From positions 8,742,001 to 8,806,000 of the forward strand of contig OZ059898.1 of the NCBI GenBank assembly GCA_964057225.1: DNA of 64,000 bases. The letters are read 5' to 3'. This document shows, piece by piece, positions 1 through 13,302 of the stretch. Both the position numbers and the translations under genes were made by a program. The first letter of the stretch is position 1. Every line of letters starts with the position of its first letter. This stretch comes from Auanema rhodensis (taxonomy: Eukaryota > Animalia > Nematoda). The notes below the pieces were generated by a model. The model did not search any database, had not been told where the DNA came from, and saw only the letters and a list, made by a program, of their open reading frames with translations.

Positions 1-66
1 AATATAGACACTAATAATAATTTATTAATTATGTATTAAGACAAAAAAAAATATTTTGTATTTTAG

Positions 67-307
67 ATATGGAGAATCCATATTGGCGTTTCTATATGGA
101 ACAAGAATATATCAAAGAGAAGCCAAAGAAGAAACCAAAAACAAAGCCACAAACATTCAAAGTAAAAAAATTGAAACTTAAAAAAAAAACATTTTAATTC
201 AGACGGCTGTTAAACGTGCAGTTTTAGAACAAAAATTACATGATACTTCAAAAGATCCTTGGGATATATTTTTTTATACAACTTACCTTTATAACGATAA
301 AGATTAA
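67..307 (+). CDS. Two-exon small basic ORF, or the 3' end of a gene entering from the left (MENPYWRFYMEQEYIKEKPKKKPKTKPQTFK|TAVKRAVLEQKLHDTSKDPWDIFFYTTYLYNDKD*)
   Basis: TTTTAG acceptor ends at 66; exon 67-161; 41-nt GT..AG intron 162-202; exon 203-307 keeps frame to TAA. No family recognised. Confidence 0.45.
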
Positions 308-1140
308 CTTTAAAAAAAAAGTTTTTCGAAAAATAAAAACATAGAATGGATCAAGCCTTATACATCTAGATTGAATTAGATATTAGAATGCATTTTCTGA
401 ATTTTTCATAGAATTTATAATAATAATAAAGATGAAAGTTGATGCAGATTCATTTATCATGGAAATGATAATCGAAAGCAGTTGAATTGCTATTGCTTAG
501 TGATGAAATAGATCTGATTTTAATATTTTTCTCTCTTGAGGCTAGGAGATTCAAATGTGACCAGAGAACATTAAGGAAATTATTTCTTTTTGAATCCGGA
601 AACCATTGACGTATGCATAGATCATATTTTCTCTCAGTCCAGCTTTAATGCGTTATAAATTGGAAAATTGATTATGACTTTTATTATTTTTCATAAATTC
701 AATGAAAAAATTCTAAAAGTTGAAAAATCATATATCTATGTATATAACAATATATGTGATGTATGTTATATCGTTATATTCTATTTTCTTTGTTTTTGTC
801 ATTAATATTAGAATATTTATATATAAAGGCTTCATATAAAGAATCTTCTTTTACTCTAAATTGCAAGGACTTCTGTCGAAGTGGAGAAAAAAAAAAGAAA
901 TTTATTCCATTTGAAATTATAATAATAATATAAATACATGATAATATAAAGCTGAACATAGAATACAAAAAAATTTCAATTGAATTAGAATGCTGAGTCT
1001 AATTCAAAATAATTATACAAAGTTCACATACGCTTTTGACTTAAAAAAAGTGCTTTACAAACAAAAATAATTTTGTTTTCTTAAGCATTAATTTCATTTT
1101 AAAAGTCTCCTTTTCTAGAACTTTATTACTATAAGAATAT

Positions 1141-1972
1141 TCAATGGAAAACATTGTTCTGAATTTTTCCAACGCTTTTTGTTGCGCCATATTCTAAAAT
1201 TATTGGAGGATTCAATGAAACTTTTGAAGAATGTACCTGATTTATAGTCCAACTCCTTTTTTAGTGAATCATTCTCAATGTGCCCATTGTTAAATTTTGC
1301 AATCAAATCGTTGATTTTCTCTGAAATGTTAGAATTATTATTTGCGTTTTAAACAAGAATGAATATACTTCTTGGAAGTATTTCTTCAGAAGTAACTTTT
1401 GGTTTAGCATCCAAGATTACCGCACTAGCTGGGGGAGGCCACACGTTTGTGTCCAACTTCTGAATCGAGTCCGTAATATTGTCCGAAACCAAATTAAATA
1501 CCTTAGGGTTAAGAACTTCAATTGGAGCACAGTTTTCTGTATCACCAGAAGGTGACATAGGGGGACTGGCAATGCGAACTTCACTCAACTTTTCTACAAC
1601 GACTTCTTGCTCTTTCTTTTCCATTTCCGGTTCCTCGTAAATTTTATGGCTTTCGAGTGTAGATTGCTCGTTTTCCTCAATCATTTCAGGTTCATGAGCT
1701 TCTTGATGTTCCACAAATTCGGGGACTTCATTAATTTCCAGTGTTTCAATAATCTGAGGAACTACTTCTTTTTCCTGGAGATCCAGGCTTGGTTCAGTTG
1801 GAATTTCCTCATCTTTCACTGTTTGAAAGTGATCAACATCGCTTTCTTGGAGAACTTCAGGGATCGAAGTTTCTGAATTCAGTTTAAAAGAAGCTGTTGA
1901 TTTGTTTTCAATACCTTCTTCCTCGACAATTGGAGCTGGAGTAGATTCTTCGATGATTTGCTCTTCCGACAT
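1141..1972 (-). CDS. Glu-rich, probably disordered protein with a short basic C-terminal motif (..KKINDLIAKFNNG..YKSEYGATKSVGKIQNNVFH*)
   Basis: 207-aa ORF 1349-1972 with TTTCAG just before the ATG; two short GT-AG introns (~1321-1368, ~1194-1236) extend the frame to TGA at 1141. Confidence 0.75.
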
Positions 1973-4900
1973 AGCTGAAAATTATTCATTCAGAAATAAA
2001 AATGAAAATATTTGAAAAAAAAAAAGCAGATAACTCAATGAAACTAAGAAAGAAGATGAAAAAAAAGCATGAAACATAAGATCATTTAGTACAAAGCTGG
2101 ATTTTGGAATCCGGGAAACCCACACATAGATCCTGTTCCAAATGAACGTAAATATGGCCGATCAATCAGTTTAGGAACCGATGAACGGTCAAACTTAACA
2201 GCCACATGAACATAGCCACTATCACGTCGCACTCGAAAATAGGATTGAGTTATAACCAGGGAAATGACCGAAGTTTTAATATTTTTGCTGCTTTTGCTCA
2301 TTGAAGTATACTCAAGAACATATGTATATTGAATTTCAAATGAATTAAAGGTATCGATACATTTTCAAATGTTTCGTAATGTTTATTGATATTACAGAAA
2401 GTCCCAACCTGTACTGACTACTTGGACATTCTTCTGATGATCTTGTCTCCTGGTTAGACATTATCTGAAGCTGACGCTCAGATGGCCTGAGGACACCAGA
2501 TGACATAGTTATAAACGAGTCAGGCATGATAGAAGGACAGAATAGAACCAAAATATCTTATGTGAGGACGTTGTGGAGGACGTAAGAATTGGGTATAGGC
2601 AATGAGAATCGAAATATAAGCGATGATAATAGTATTGAACGATTCTGCTTAGAATCAGCGAATCTGACAAAAAGAGAAAACAAAAGCGGTGAAGAAAGCT
2701 GAATCATAACGACAGCGATGAGAAGAGCTACTGTTTAATCGCGAAAATATGACGATGAATAGAAAACTACAAGGAAGAGAAAGAAAAATTCGGAATATAT
2801 TTGAAAGGCATGTGACTTAAACCAATACCATACGTTTCAAACAGAAATGCTCTTTTCCTTATTTCCCACAAGTTGACGGAATGTGTTGATATTTAGTGAA
2901 TTTGAGGAATAAATTAATAAAAACATAGCAATATCTAATGATGAATCATGACATTTCTACTATATTTCGAAGAAACATTATATAGAAGAAGGCGACAAAT
3001 CATCGAACTTTGAGTAAATGCAATTTGGGCATTATATCGAGCTAGAAAATCAGTGGATGGCCGAAGAGAAGCTGTCGGGTGATTCAGAAAGAGGCCTGCT
3101 GGCCATGAATCTATTGGTTCGAGATGGCAAGACGAAGACAGATGTGTAAGGATGATTGGAGTATAGAGAGAGAACTGACTGCTTTTACCATGTCTTGAGA
3201 TGACGTTGTCACAATGACGAGACAGGCTTATTAAGGCTGGTGTTCATTTTGCCATTTATGCCTATTATGATCCCGACGGACAAATACTAATCAATGTTTT
3301 TGAAGGAAGGAAAAACCGTGATTTCATACAATATGATTTAGTTATAAATGATAGATGACAAACCGTATAGATCACTTTTGAATTATGCTGACCTTGTGAG
3401 ACAATATATAAAGGTTATCAGTACTAAGATGAATAATGTTCTCTATACTAGATTTGAGATTGTTTGGGACCTGGATCATGAAAGGCTTGTGCTTGCCCAT
3501 TCGGCTCATATAAGGACTCCTTTTCGTTCAATTTCTAAGAGATACAGCCTTATATGCCATATAATCTATTTGAGTGTTCGTTTATTGAATAAGAGAGCCA
3601 GACATACAACCTCAATTATTACTAGAAACGATTGTAGTGGATTGGATTTCAAAATAATTGGCCAAACCGCCAACACCACTGCTGCGATCAGCACCATCAA
3701 TCATCATACCATGCATTAGGCAGTTGTAAGCGTTCAGAGCCAAAAGTGGATGAGGGAAAACAGAGAGCGAAAATTGGAGCAAGAACACTTCAAAGAGATC
3801 TAAATGTGATTGAAATACAGAGAGTAATACAGAGAGAAGAAAAGAAAAATTGACAGAGAATATCTTCCATATAAGATTGTGATATGAGTGTTTAAAGTGT
3901 GATGTGGATCAAATTTCTTGTCAAGATCATTAAATGTGCCAAAAAGAAATGCTCAATAATTGGAAAATCCATCTGGCATCGTTATTGCAAAACCATGCCC
4001 CCAATAACATGAAGCATTAGAATATTAACCCTAGAAGATGATAGAAAAGCTGAACACTATGTTATAAGCACAGTAGCAGATAATCTAAATAGGAAATCAA
4101 CTGCACATAAAACCCATAATACCATTTGGAATAGTTAAAAGCTAAGTCGTGGTTTATGGTTCACAAGAGTTGGGCTTAAATGAGTCATCTCCCTCTAGCC
4201 ACCCACATTCATCTCATATTTTCTCTCTCTCTCTGTCTCTGTCTATCTATCTCTCTTATTTTCCCTCTTTGCATCTATCTATTCATTCATGTTTCTTCTA
4301 TATCGACTCTTCAGTTTGAGGCCATTTAGCTCATTTGCATATTCTGCTGAACAAAATGCACATATTTGGATTGGAAATGAATAGAATTACTCCACCGTCT
4401 GACACACTATTAGTGCGCAACATGTTAAAACGAGACAAACATATTCATATATATACATCTATAAACGGAAGTACTTGGATTGAAAAGGAAAAAATCTTCA
4501 AAATAGTATATAAGAAACTTAAAACTTTTTTTTTTGATAAGTAGAAAATTCTCATCATTAAAAATGACAACAAGTAGTCAGCCTGTTGCTAAAACTTACC
4601 AGAAATAATAGTTTCCACATTTAGAAAATAATAAAAAGAAGACATTTAAAAAAAAAAAGGTATAATAAAAAGGAATATATGGTAATATTTAGAATTATGG
4701 TTGCCTGATACAACAGATTACTCAGATGTTTTAGATTCTCGAATGCATTGCCGAATACAACAAAAAGGTTTTATGATATTTTAATCATCAAAATAACTGC
4801 AATAGAAAAATTATATACAGTTTGTATGGAATATTAAAATATTTGATAAGTATACTAGTCGAGGAAAGGAACGAGGACCGATATGGTCATCAGGGTCATC

Positions 4901-7900
4901 CCCCAATCGCTCTTGCCCTTTCGGCATCTTTATCCGTTCTCTCATGCAATTCACTAATTTTCCTTTTCATTCCTAGTTACTCTGGCTCCCTCACAATCTA
5001 TGTATTGGTCATTTGGTCATCTCTCTTTCTCATTCATCTATCATCTCTCTCTCTCTTGTCTACTTCAGTTCTCTTGTTGTATTTCTGTTCCCAGTTGTAT
5101 CGAAGAGAGCAGAGCGTAATTGGCACCAAACTGGCTGACCATATAACCATCTCACTACCCGAATTCCGGCCAAAACGAACATTGACTGTTCTTGTTCGGT
5201 AAAAGTGTATGATTTAATATGTACATGTCTTGGACACGAGAAGCCAATTAAGTCTTCGTTTTGAGACAGTCATCTGACGATAGATCGTTTGTCATTCAGA
5301 TTCTATCTAGTTCTATTGATGATGAAAGTATGTTATATTCATATGAATAATATACATATGATTTACATTTACATCATCAAAGTTGTTTGTCAAAAAACAA
5401 CGAATAGAGAATAATGGAATGGATTTTGGATACATTATATCGATTTATATATTGATTTTTATAAATATATATAATATATATACATATATATAGATTATTT
5501 AATATTTAATCATAATTTAAAAATCGATATTTCTTAATTATATAGAATTATAATTATAAACAGATTGTATTAGATCTAATTATGAGGAAAAGAAGGGTTA
5601 AACTGATTCATATCAAAATGAATTTCGGTTTTCATCTTTGCATAAAAATTTTTTTTTAGATTATAATAATACAAGAGTGAAAAGAAAAAAAGTAAACATG
5701 TTGAATAAGCTATAAAAATACACAGAAGCGAGAAAACGAACTAGATTACTCAAGAATAGACAACCCACATTTTTTGTCAGAATCCTTTGCCTGGAAGTAT
5801 ATGTTGTTTTCCAAAGCATCAGATACCAAATCCATATTTTCTAGCAACAGACAAACTAAATTTCAATATTAAACTATTTTTAGATTAAAAAATAATTAGA
5901 TAACAAGGTATTTTGATTAAAAATAACAAAGTATCAAATGTGTTATCATTTCTATCTTTAGAATATAAGAAACGAATGTTTTTCAGAATTCTATGAGTTT
6001 TAAATTAATCGTTAAAAACAAATAACCATTTATATAATAACTTTATGTTATGTTTGGCTATTGATTCAATAAATATATACAAAATTCATTCCTCAATAAT
6101 TTTAATCGTTTTATGGGGGCAGATGTGAATATAAGCAAAAAAAATTTAAGGTGACAGGGGGTTCAGAAAAAGGGAAATGACGATATTCTTACATGAACAG
6201 TCACGAAGGCCAAGTGTTCGTTAACGACTTTTTATGAGAAAATATAAAAATGTTGAGTTCATTTTATAATATTTGAAGATAAAAAAAAGGCAGGTGAAAC
6301 ATTCATCCATGCTTCGTCTGGTAATGGTTTACTAGAGACAGATGCTAACGAATGGGAAAAAAGAAAGAAATTGGCACTGAATATCGAAAAAAATGGCAAA
6401 AATTTCAATTTGAAACCATCGAAGATTAATGACAACAGAGGACAAATACTGAACTTCTGATTAAGCACACTAGTATTAAAGAACGAAGTGAAATTTCCTT
6501 ACGAAATGAGGACAATGACAACTATTTGGAGGACTGATGATCATACGAAATCTCAAAAACAAAGATATTGATGATGAGAAACGAGAGAAGAAAAGAAAGA
6601 GGGAAAGAGAGACTCATTGGAATGTATTTGAAGTAGAATAAGAACGGAAGAAATTCGGATAATCCGTACAGGGTGTGAATAGCATTGGACTGACGGGCAG
6701 GGTCGTCGATGGCCATCTTCACTACCAAAAGGTACATATCTTGAGGGTTTCAAACAAAAAATCATTTTCAAGGTTAAAAGAAAAAAGAGCAATTCATTCA
6801 TCAATATCTGTTTCAGAGTTTCTTTCATGAAATTATGAGAGAGAGAGAGAAAGGATAATTACTACGACATTTTAAGATTTTTGTCTTGAGAAAGAACATC
6901 ATCCAAAAAAAATTAAGAAGAAAAAGAAAGGTTGAAGTGATTTTTTATATACTTAAATGACTTTATTATTTCTAAATTAAAGTATAATTCATAATTATTT
7001 TGATTTATATTTGAAATAAAAGTGTTAAATGAATGAGATAACATTGATTAAACCGTAAATTATTTGAGTCAGCTTTTAAATACGGTTTTTGAATGACCTA
7101 TCATATATAATGAATCATTGTGGGAATTTAACAATTTTCTGAAAATAATGTTTACAAGTTCATATAAAATCCAAAACATGACTTTGTAATATAGATAAAA
7201 AAAAGGTGTTATGATTAGATGAAATTTGATAATAAAATAAAACGAAATGTTCTATCATCTTGTTAATTTTAATATTTTGTTTTAAAGATTTTATCACAAA
7301 TATTACATATTAATCTTTTTTTTTGATTGCAAAAAAAACCAATCTCAGCATGAAGCGAGATTCACATTGAGAAGTGAAGAATAAAATAATAGTCGTCTTT
7401 CCTTTTATGGGGGCTGTGACTGAGTCAAACAACGATTTGACTCTTACGATCTGGAACTTTCGCGGTTAAAAAAGGGCAAAAGACGAAGAAGCAATCTATA
7501 ACTGTCTAAAATAAGCTTAAAACTGTTTGAAAAAGAAGTGAAACAGGCTAATATTGAATTGAATCCTATGTTCATACATGTTCAAAAGCTCATTGACAAA
7601 CATATACATATGCATTATGTCGTCGAAAGTTGCTGGAAAATAAAGATTGTGGTTATTCAGTTGGTTGTTTTCATCTCCGTTTGCATTTTTGTTCTTGTCG
7701 GTGTGAGAAGTTGATGAAAAGAACTACGTTTAGAAGATATCTTATTAAGATAAATCTTTAAATAAGATGAATTAAACGAACATATTTTCTGTTTTTTTTT
7801 CTGTTTTGGAGGTCAATTAGAGAGAGGTAGCTCTACTTTTCTCTACAGTACAAAGGTTTCATAAAAGATGTAACTTTATAAATATTCTTTCATTCCATAA

Positions 7901-8835
7901 CAAACAAGATAAATACTATATAAATATTATAAATTATACTTTAATTATATTTATAATATGAATATAGACCGGCTTATGTTTAATTGAATATTCAATTTAT
8001 TTTAGAAAAAATATTAAATAAAAGAAAAAAAATGCATATATTTGATTTTATATTGAAATGAACGAAGAAGCATTATATATTGCTAAGTATACATATGAAT
8101 GTAAATACTTTCTGTATTTGTCTGGTATATAAAAAAAAGTTTTTTAAAACATAAAGTTCATGTCTTATTGAAGGCAATTTTTTACTTACACTCAACCAGA
8201 ATAAATAAAATTATATAAAAAGAACTCTTAATCGTTTCTAGATTATGATTATAATCCTAAAATAGTTTTTTTCTTGCTTCTGAGCCATTCAGAATGTCTG
8301 AATCATTAAGATCTTTCAACCAAAACTACGCAATATTTTTAAAATTCATTCAGAAAATCATTGTATAATTAATCTTTGAGCAATATTTTCAAAAATACAA
8401 AAACTTGTATACAACTTATCAATAAGAAATAAGTTTTACGAATAAAAGAGACAAACATATAAATATAAATCTTAAGTAATATAAATTAAAGCGGTTTGAG
8501 ATAGAAACTACATTATTAAGAATATTGAATGTTTTATTTTGTTTAATTCCATTTTTTTTGTAAATTTTGATTAAAAACAAGCAAAAATAAGAAAAGGAAA
8601 CTAATCAAAACTGCAATCCTTATCAAAAACAGAGTTATTATTTGGTTTAACACATTAAAAAAAAAACAAAGACATGTGTTCTTTTAACTTTTGTGATAAA
8701 AACAATTGTATTTTTTGATAACATAAGGTTAAAAATAAGGTCTGTTTGGACTTCCAAAGAAATTGATTATCAATCAGATAGAAATAAATAATTCTAGAAA
8801 ACAACCATAACTTGATTTATGATTTTTATTTTTCT

Positions 8836-10636
8836 TTAACGATATAACCCATCGACAATGCTGCCGGATGCTGATGTTGTAACTGTTGGTGCCGAAAAGG
8901 CAGAGTACAAATCAAACGATTCCTGTAAGTAAAATTATTAAAATAATATATTGTTTGAGAAAAAAAACAAATAAGCACATAATTGGATTAAGATTGTATG
9001 AAAATTCTTAATTCAAATACAAAACATAACCGTTCAATTTGTTTGTTAAATACTTTAAACGATTGTATCCAATTTGTGTTTCTTATTTTTATAATTTTGC
9101 TTACCTTCTTTCCTTTTCTCATTCGACATCCTAAGTATATTGAGATTGTAATCGAAATCAAGCAAGCTACAGTTAATACACCAATGATAATAAACATGTG
9201 AACTGGAGTTACAGCATTAGCAACTAAGCATTGTTCAACTGATCTAGACGAAACTGAAAATAACTATTTTATTTTATTATTATTATTATATTAAACATAC
9301 GTTCTCTTGATTCTTCTCCATCTAAAATTGTCAATGTTCTTGAAATTGAAACTTCATCGTAAAGATCTTCCTTATTTTGAGCTCCGGCTGTTAAAGGAGC
9401 ACCACGTCGGTGACGGAAACGAAGACGCTCAGCAGTTAAGTTTGAGTTTTGAATACGTTTGAAGCAGTTCTTTAATTGAAAGATGTTAACATCTAATTTC
9501 AAACAGCAAGTATGTTACCTGACTGCATTCTTTAGCATCTAAACATACTTGCACAGTACAATGAGCAAATACAGTACTTTGGTTTCCAAAACGGAATGTT
9601 TTGAATTTTGAGAAATATACTTCTTGATTGACATTTGCAAGTGGATCGATGATTTCTGACATTTCATCAACGGGACAGCTAAAAATAGAAAATTTAAAAA
9701 AATATATTTATATGAAACTAATTATACCTGCTCTGAACGAATGTTAAATGCTTAGCTTCAGGAGAGAGTACATCTTCACGGTCACTGAACATACATTCTT
9801 TGGGAGCTATTCCATGATAGGCTTCTAAAGATTTTGCAGCTTTATAATTATATAAGCTTTTTCCGACTTACGATCTGGTGAAAGAGCTATGTAAAACTCT
9901 ACTGTATCTCCGAATTTAGCAGCTCTAAGAGGTCTACCATCTGTACTTCTGAAGACCATTTCAACACGTGGTTTAGGCTTTCCTCCTGTAGAAGCAACAA
10001 CTTCATGGCCGCTATAAATTTTTTCAATTGAAATACATATTACTACTTAGATGACTTACTTAGATACATCATTGAAACGAATTGTTTGAACACTTCGAGT
10101 ATAAAGGCAGAAAACATGGTTAATACGAATTGTTTTACGAAGAGAAGTATCAACATTATCTTCAAGGGCTATGGTTGTTTCAGCACTACGATAATTAGGT
10201 TCCTGAAAAAAATACCAAATGTTGCAAATTCATTACTTTTTTTTAATCTTACCAAATCTGCCAGTAGTACGTCACAAGCCTTTCCATATGGGATTGTTAA
10301 ATTGAAATTTAATTGGCCTTGCTCGTTTCTTAACGAAGTCCCACATGGAACACGAGTTTTATGATCATAAACATAAACCTTGAAACAATTTATTAGATAT
10401 AAGTCTGTTTATAACGGAAACTCACCACAGGTTGAGCTTTTGGGTCAGCAACCCATCTAGCTACATCGGGATCTGAACGATTCAGCATAACAGTTAAGCT
10501 ATCAGCCGAGCATGATACTTCTTCAACTATAAAAAGAAATATTTGTTTAATTGATATCGTATTTCAACAGCTTACCAAATCCGTCACCAATTACCGCACG
10601 TAAAAGGCCAATGAAAAATATGAAGCTGGACAACAT
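8836..10636 (-). CDS. dyf-7: DYF-7 ZP-domain dendrite-anchoring protein (signal peptide, ZP domain, furin site RFRHRR, TM helix)
   Basis: Spliced translation contains QPVVYVYDHKTRVPCGTS, NHVFCLYTR, GHEVVASTGGKPKP, DPLANVNQEVYFSKFKTFRFGNQSTVF, NSNLTAERLRFRHRR and ends VDGLYR*, matching recalled C. elegans DYF-7. Multi-exon. Confidence 0.92.
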
Positions 10637-10816
10637 TGAAAAGCTTATAATAGTTAAAATAAGTTTTCTGAAAGAAAAAACGATTTGAGAGAGTTAATAT
10701 CTCGAATTTTGTTTTATAAAAGAAATAAAGGTGGAAATAAATAATGAATATATCATAAACAGGGAAATGAGAAGCGGTATTAGCGGTAAGACTAGCATCA
10801 GAAGAGATATTAAGGA

Positions 10817-13302
10817 CAGGTGGGGCGATGTTTAGGGTCGTCTTTATTACAGACAACATGAATATTCTAGTTGCTCAAAAGGTTTCACCGACGTATTTAT
10901 GAATATATATATATATATATCTGAAAGTGAATATATTATAGTATCATAATGAGAAATGAATAATGGGAGGTCTATATTTCAGGGAAAACATGAATATATT
11001 AGTTATGATGACCCAAAAATAATTAATAGAAGTAAAATAGTATGATTGTCTGTCATTTAGAAATGAAGATACTAATATAGCTTGAAAGTGGAGGATGTTT
11101 AATATCTTGAATATATAAAAAGATCAAAACATTGACCAAACTCCGGAAGAGTCAGGTGCTGCTGTTACGAGCAACAGCCATGACGACTGTGCACCGGAGG
11201 TGACCGGTAGCCAGATAGGTTTGGTACATAGGGCTGAATTCAAGAATGACCGGAAATGGTTAAAGGACGCAGCTGTTGGCTGTATGTCTGTCATTCTCTT
11301 TCTCTCTTACAGCTTCTTTCTCATTTTCTCTATTTCTCTCTCTTAGTTTTATCTACTATCTAGCCAGCTGTTGAGATAAAGGTAAAGACAATAACAGGTG
11401 GACCTGAAAAGACCATTTAGGCAAAGCTGGTTGTCCAGAATAAGAAAGACAATGAACATTCAATAACATTAGCTTCTTAAACAGATATCCAATCATATTG
11501 AGAGGTAATGACTGTAATTTTCTGGTCTTCAAATCATGTTAAAGCTTATTACTACATCAATAAAATGCATAAGGTCAATAGAGCAATATTGACTGTAATG
11601 GAATAATTTCAGTGAAGAAAACTAAAGCAAAGCTTCTACATCAGAGATTACTGTTAACACATAAAGCAGTTGTATGGCTTCTCTTCTTGATATCTGTATA
11701 AACAGGTGTTTCAAAAAGAAACACCTTAACAGAGGAGCACAGCTTCTTTCACAGAAAGTTATCAGTATGAAATCGAATGATTAAGTCAAAACTCTATAGG
11801 AATCATAGAAATACAATAGCCTTTTGCAAGCAGTAATTCCTAGCTACCTGAACTCGGTAAGGACAAGATAGGAAATAGCTGGTTATGATCGAGGCGTGGT
11901 CTCTATAGCTCAAGTCCCCAGGGCGGGGCAGGTGCAGATTACTGTAGATTTTACAGGAGAATTATCTATTTTGTTATTAACATAAAAATAAAGTATCTAT
12001 ATATTAAACCTGACTATATGAGTACAATATCGTTCAAAGTATCAGGAATAGGATTAATATTATACATTGAGTTGATTGAAGGTCAAGAATAGTTTCCATT
12101 CTCTTAATATTCAAGTGAGCTAATGCGGGAAAAGATAGTGGTCACGTACACCTACGTATCTATATGAAATTTTTTCATTGATTCATTATAATATTATTGA
12201 GAAATAATAAAATAGAAATACAATATTACTTATAATCTTATTGCTTACATTGCTTGTTTTTCATTTATATTATGTATGTATATATAACTGTGTTCGTGTA
12301 CGATATACATATGTATTTATCAATAGTTTCTAGAGCTCCAAATTTTAGAGCAGAACCAAATTTGTTGTTCTAACCTTTTACCAATAGATCGGATACCAAA
12401 ATATTCTTTTGAGCCTTATATGCTTGTACCAATTTTTTTAGAAACCGCCTTTAGACTTGATTTGTATACCTCCGATATGTATCCATTTTCAATGAGAAAA
12501 ATATTTGGAAATTAAATTAAAAATTCTTTAAATAGTTTAAATAATATTTTATAAATGTTGTATACATAGTCTCAAATTATCAAAACAATTCCTTGATACA
12601 CGATAATTCAGATAAAGTAATATCTTCAGGACTTCTTGGTAGCGCTCACATAAGTCATTGGAGAAAGAAGAATAATGAACGTAATTGAAGTTGCTTATTT
12701 TCCAGAGTCCTAGCTTAATCTAGGTAGCTTATATCCTTGATTGCCCTTTTATGATCCTTTCCATCGGTGTCAGTTCTTTGATCTTCTGATTACATGAAAC
12801 TGCTGCTTTTGATTATAAACAGGTGGCAGCAATTAATGGATTTCACCCCACCTTGGATCTCAATATCTCAATACATGTAATATATGTGATTTAATTGCAA
12901 ATTATGTATTTTTATACATTTTTCTAAATAGTGATTACTTTTTTCTTGTCCTTCAGATTTACAGAGCTCAAATCGTAGCTTAACGCTATAATTAGTCGTA
13001 TCAAGCTTGTGAATAAGGTTGTAATAATTATCCTATAGTTCATTACCAAAAGGATGATTGATCAAAGGTAAATTTTTTACACAATATTTTATAAAATAAT
13101 TCAGTAAAACTTATTTTTCAATTTAAGCCACTATTAATTTCAATAAATTCAAATATATTTTAAATGTCAAATAAATTAACTAATTGTATGATATTACTAT
13201 AAATATTGAACCATTCAATAAGCACACACATGTCCATATAGAGGAACAGCTATTACAGGTATCTGCAGGCTCGTTCAGGAACCGGCTCCATCGAGACAGG
13301 TG
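10817..13302. promoter_or_regulatory. E-box cluster (7x CAGGTG on + strand, plus CAGCTG) upstream of dyf-7
   Basis: CAGGTG at 10817, 11153, 11395, 11703, 11929, 12820, 13297; CAGCTG at 11270, 11365. Confidence 0.6.

Noticed and set aside
2086-2551. Two - strand ORFs (71 and 68 aa) upstream of the acidic protein
   Set aside because: No joinable splice sites or recognisable motifs; probably outron or UTR.
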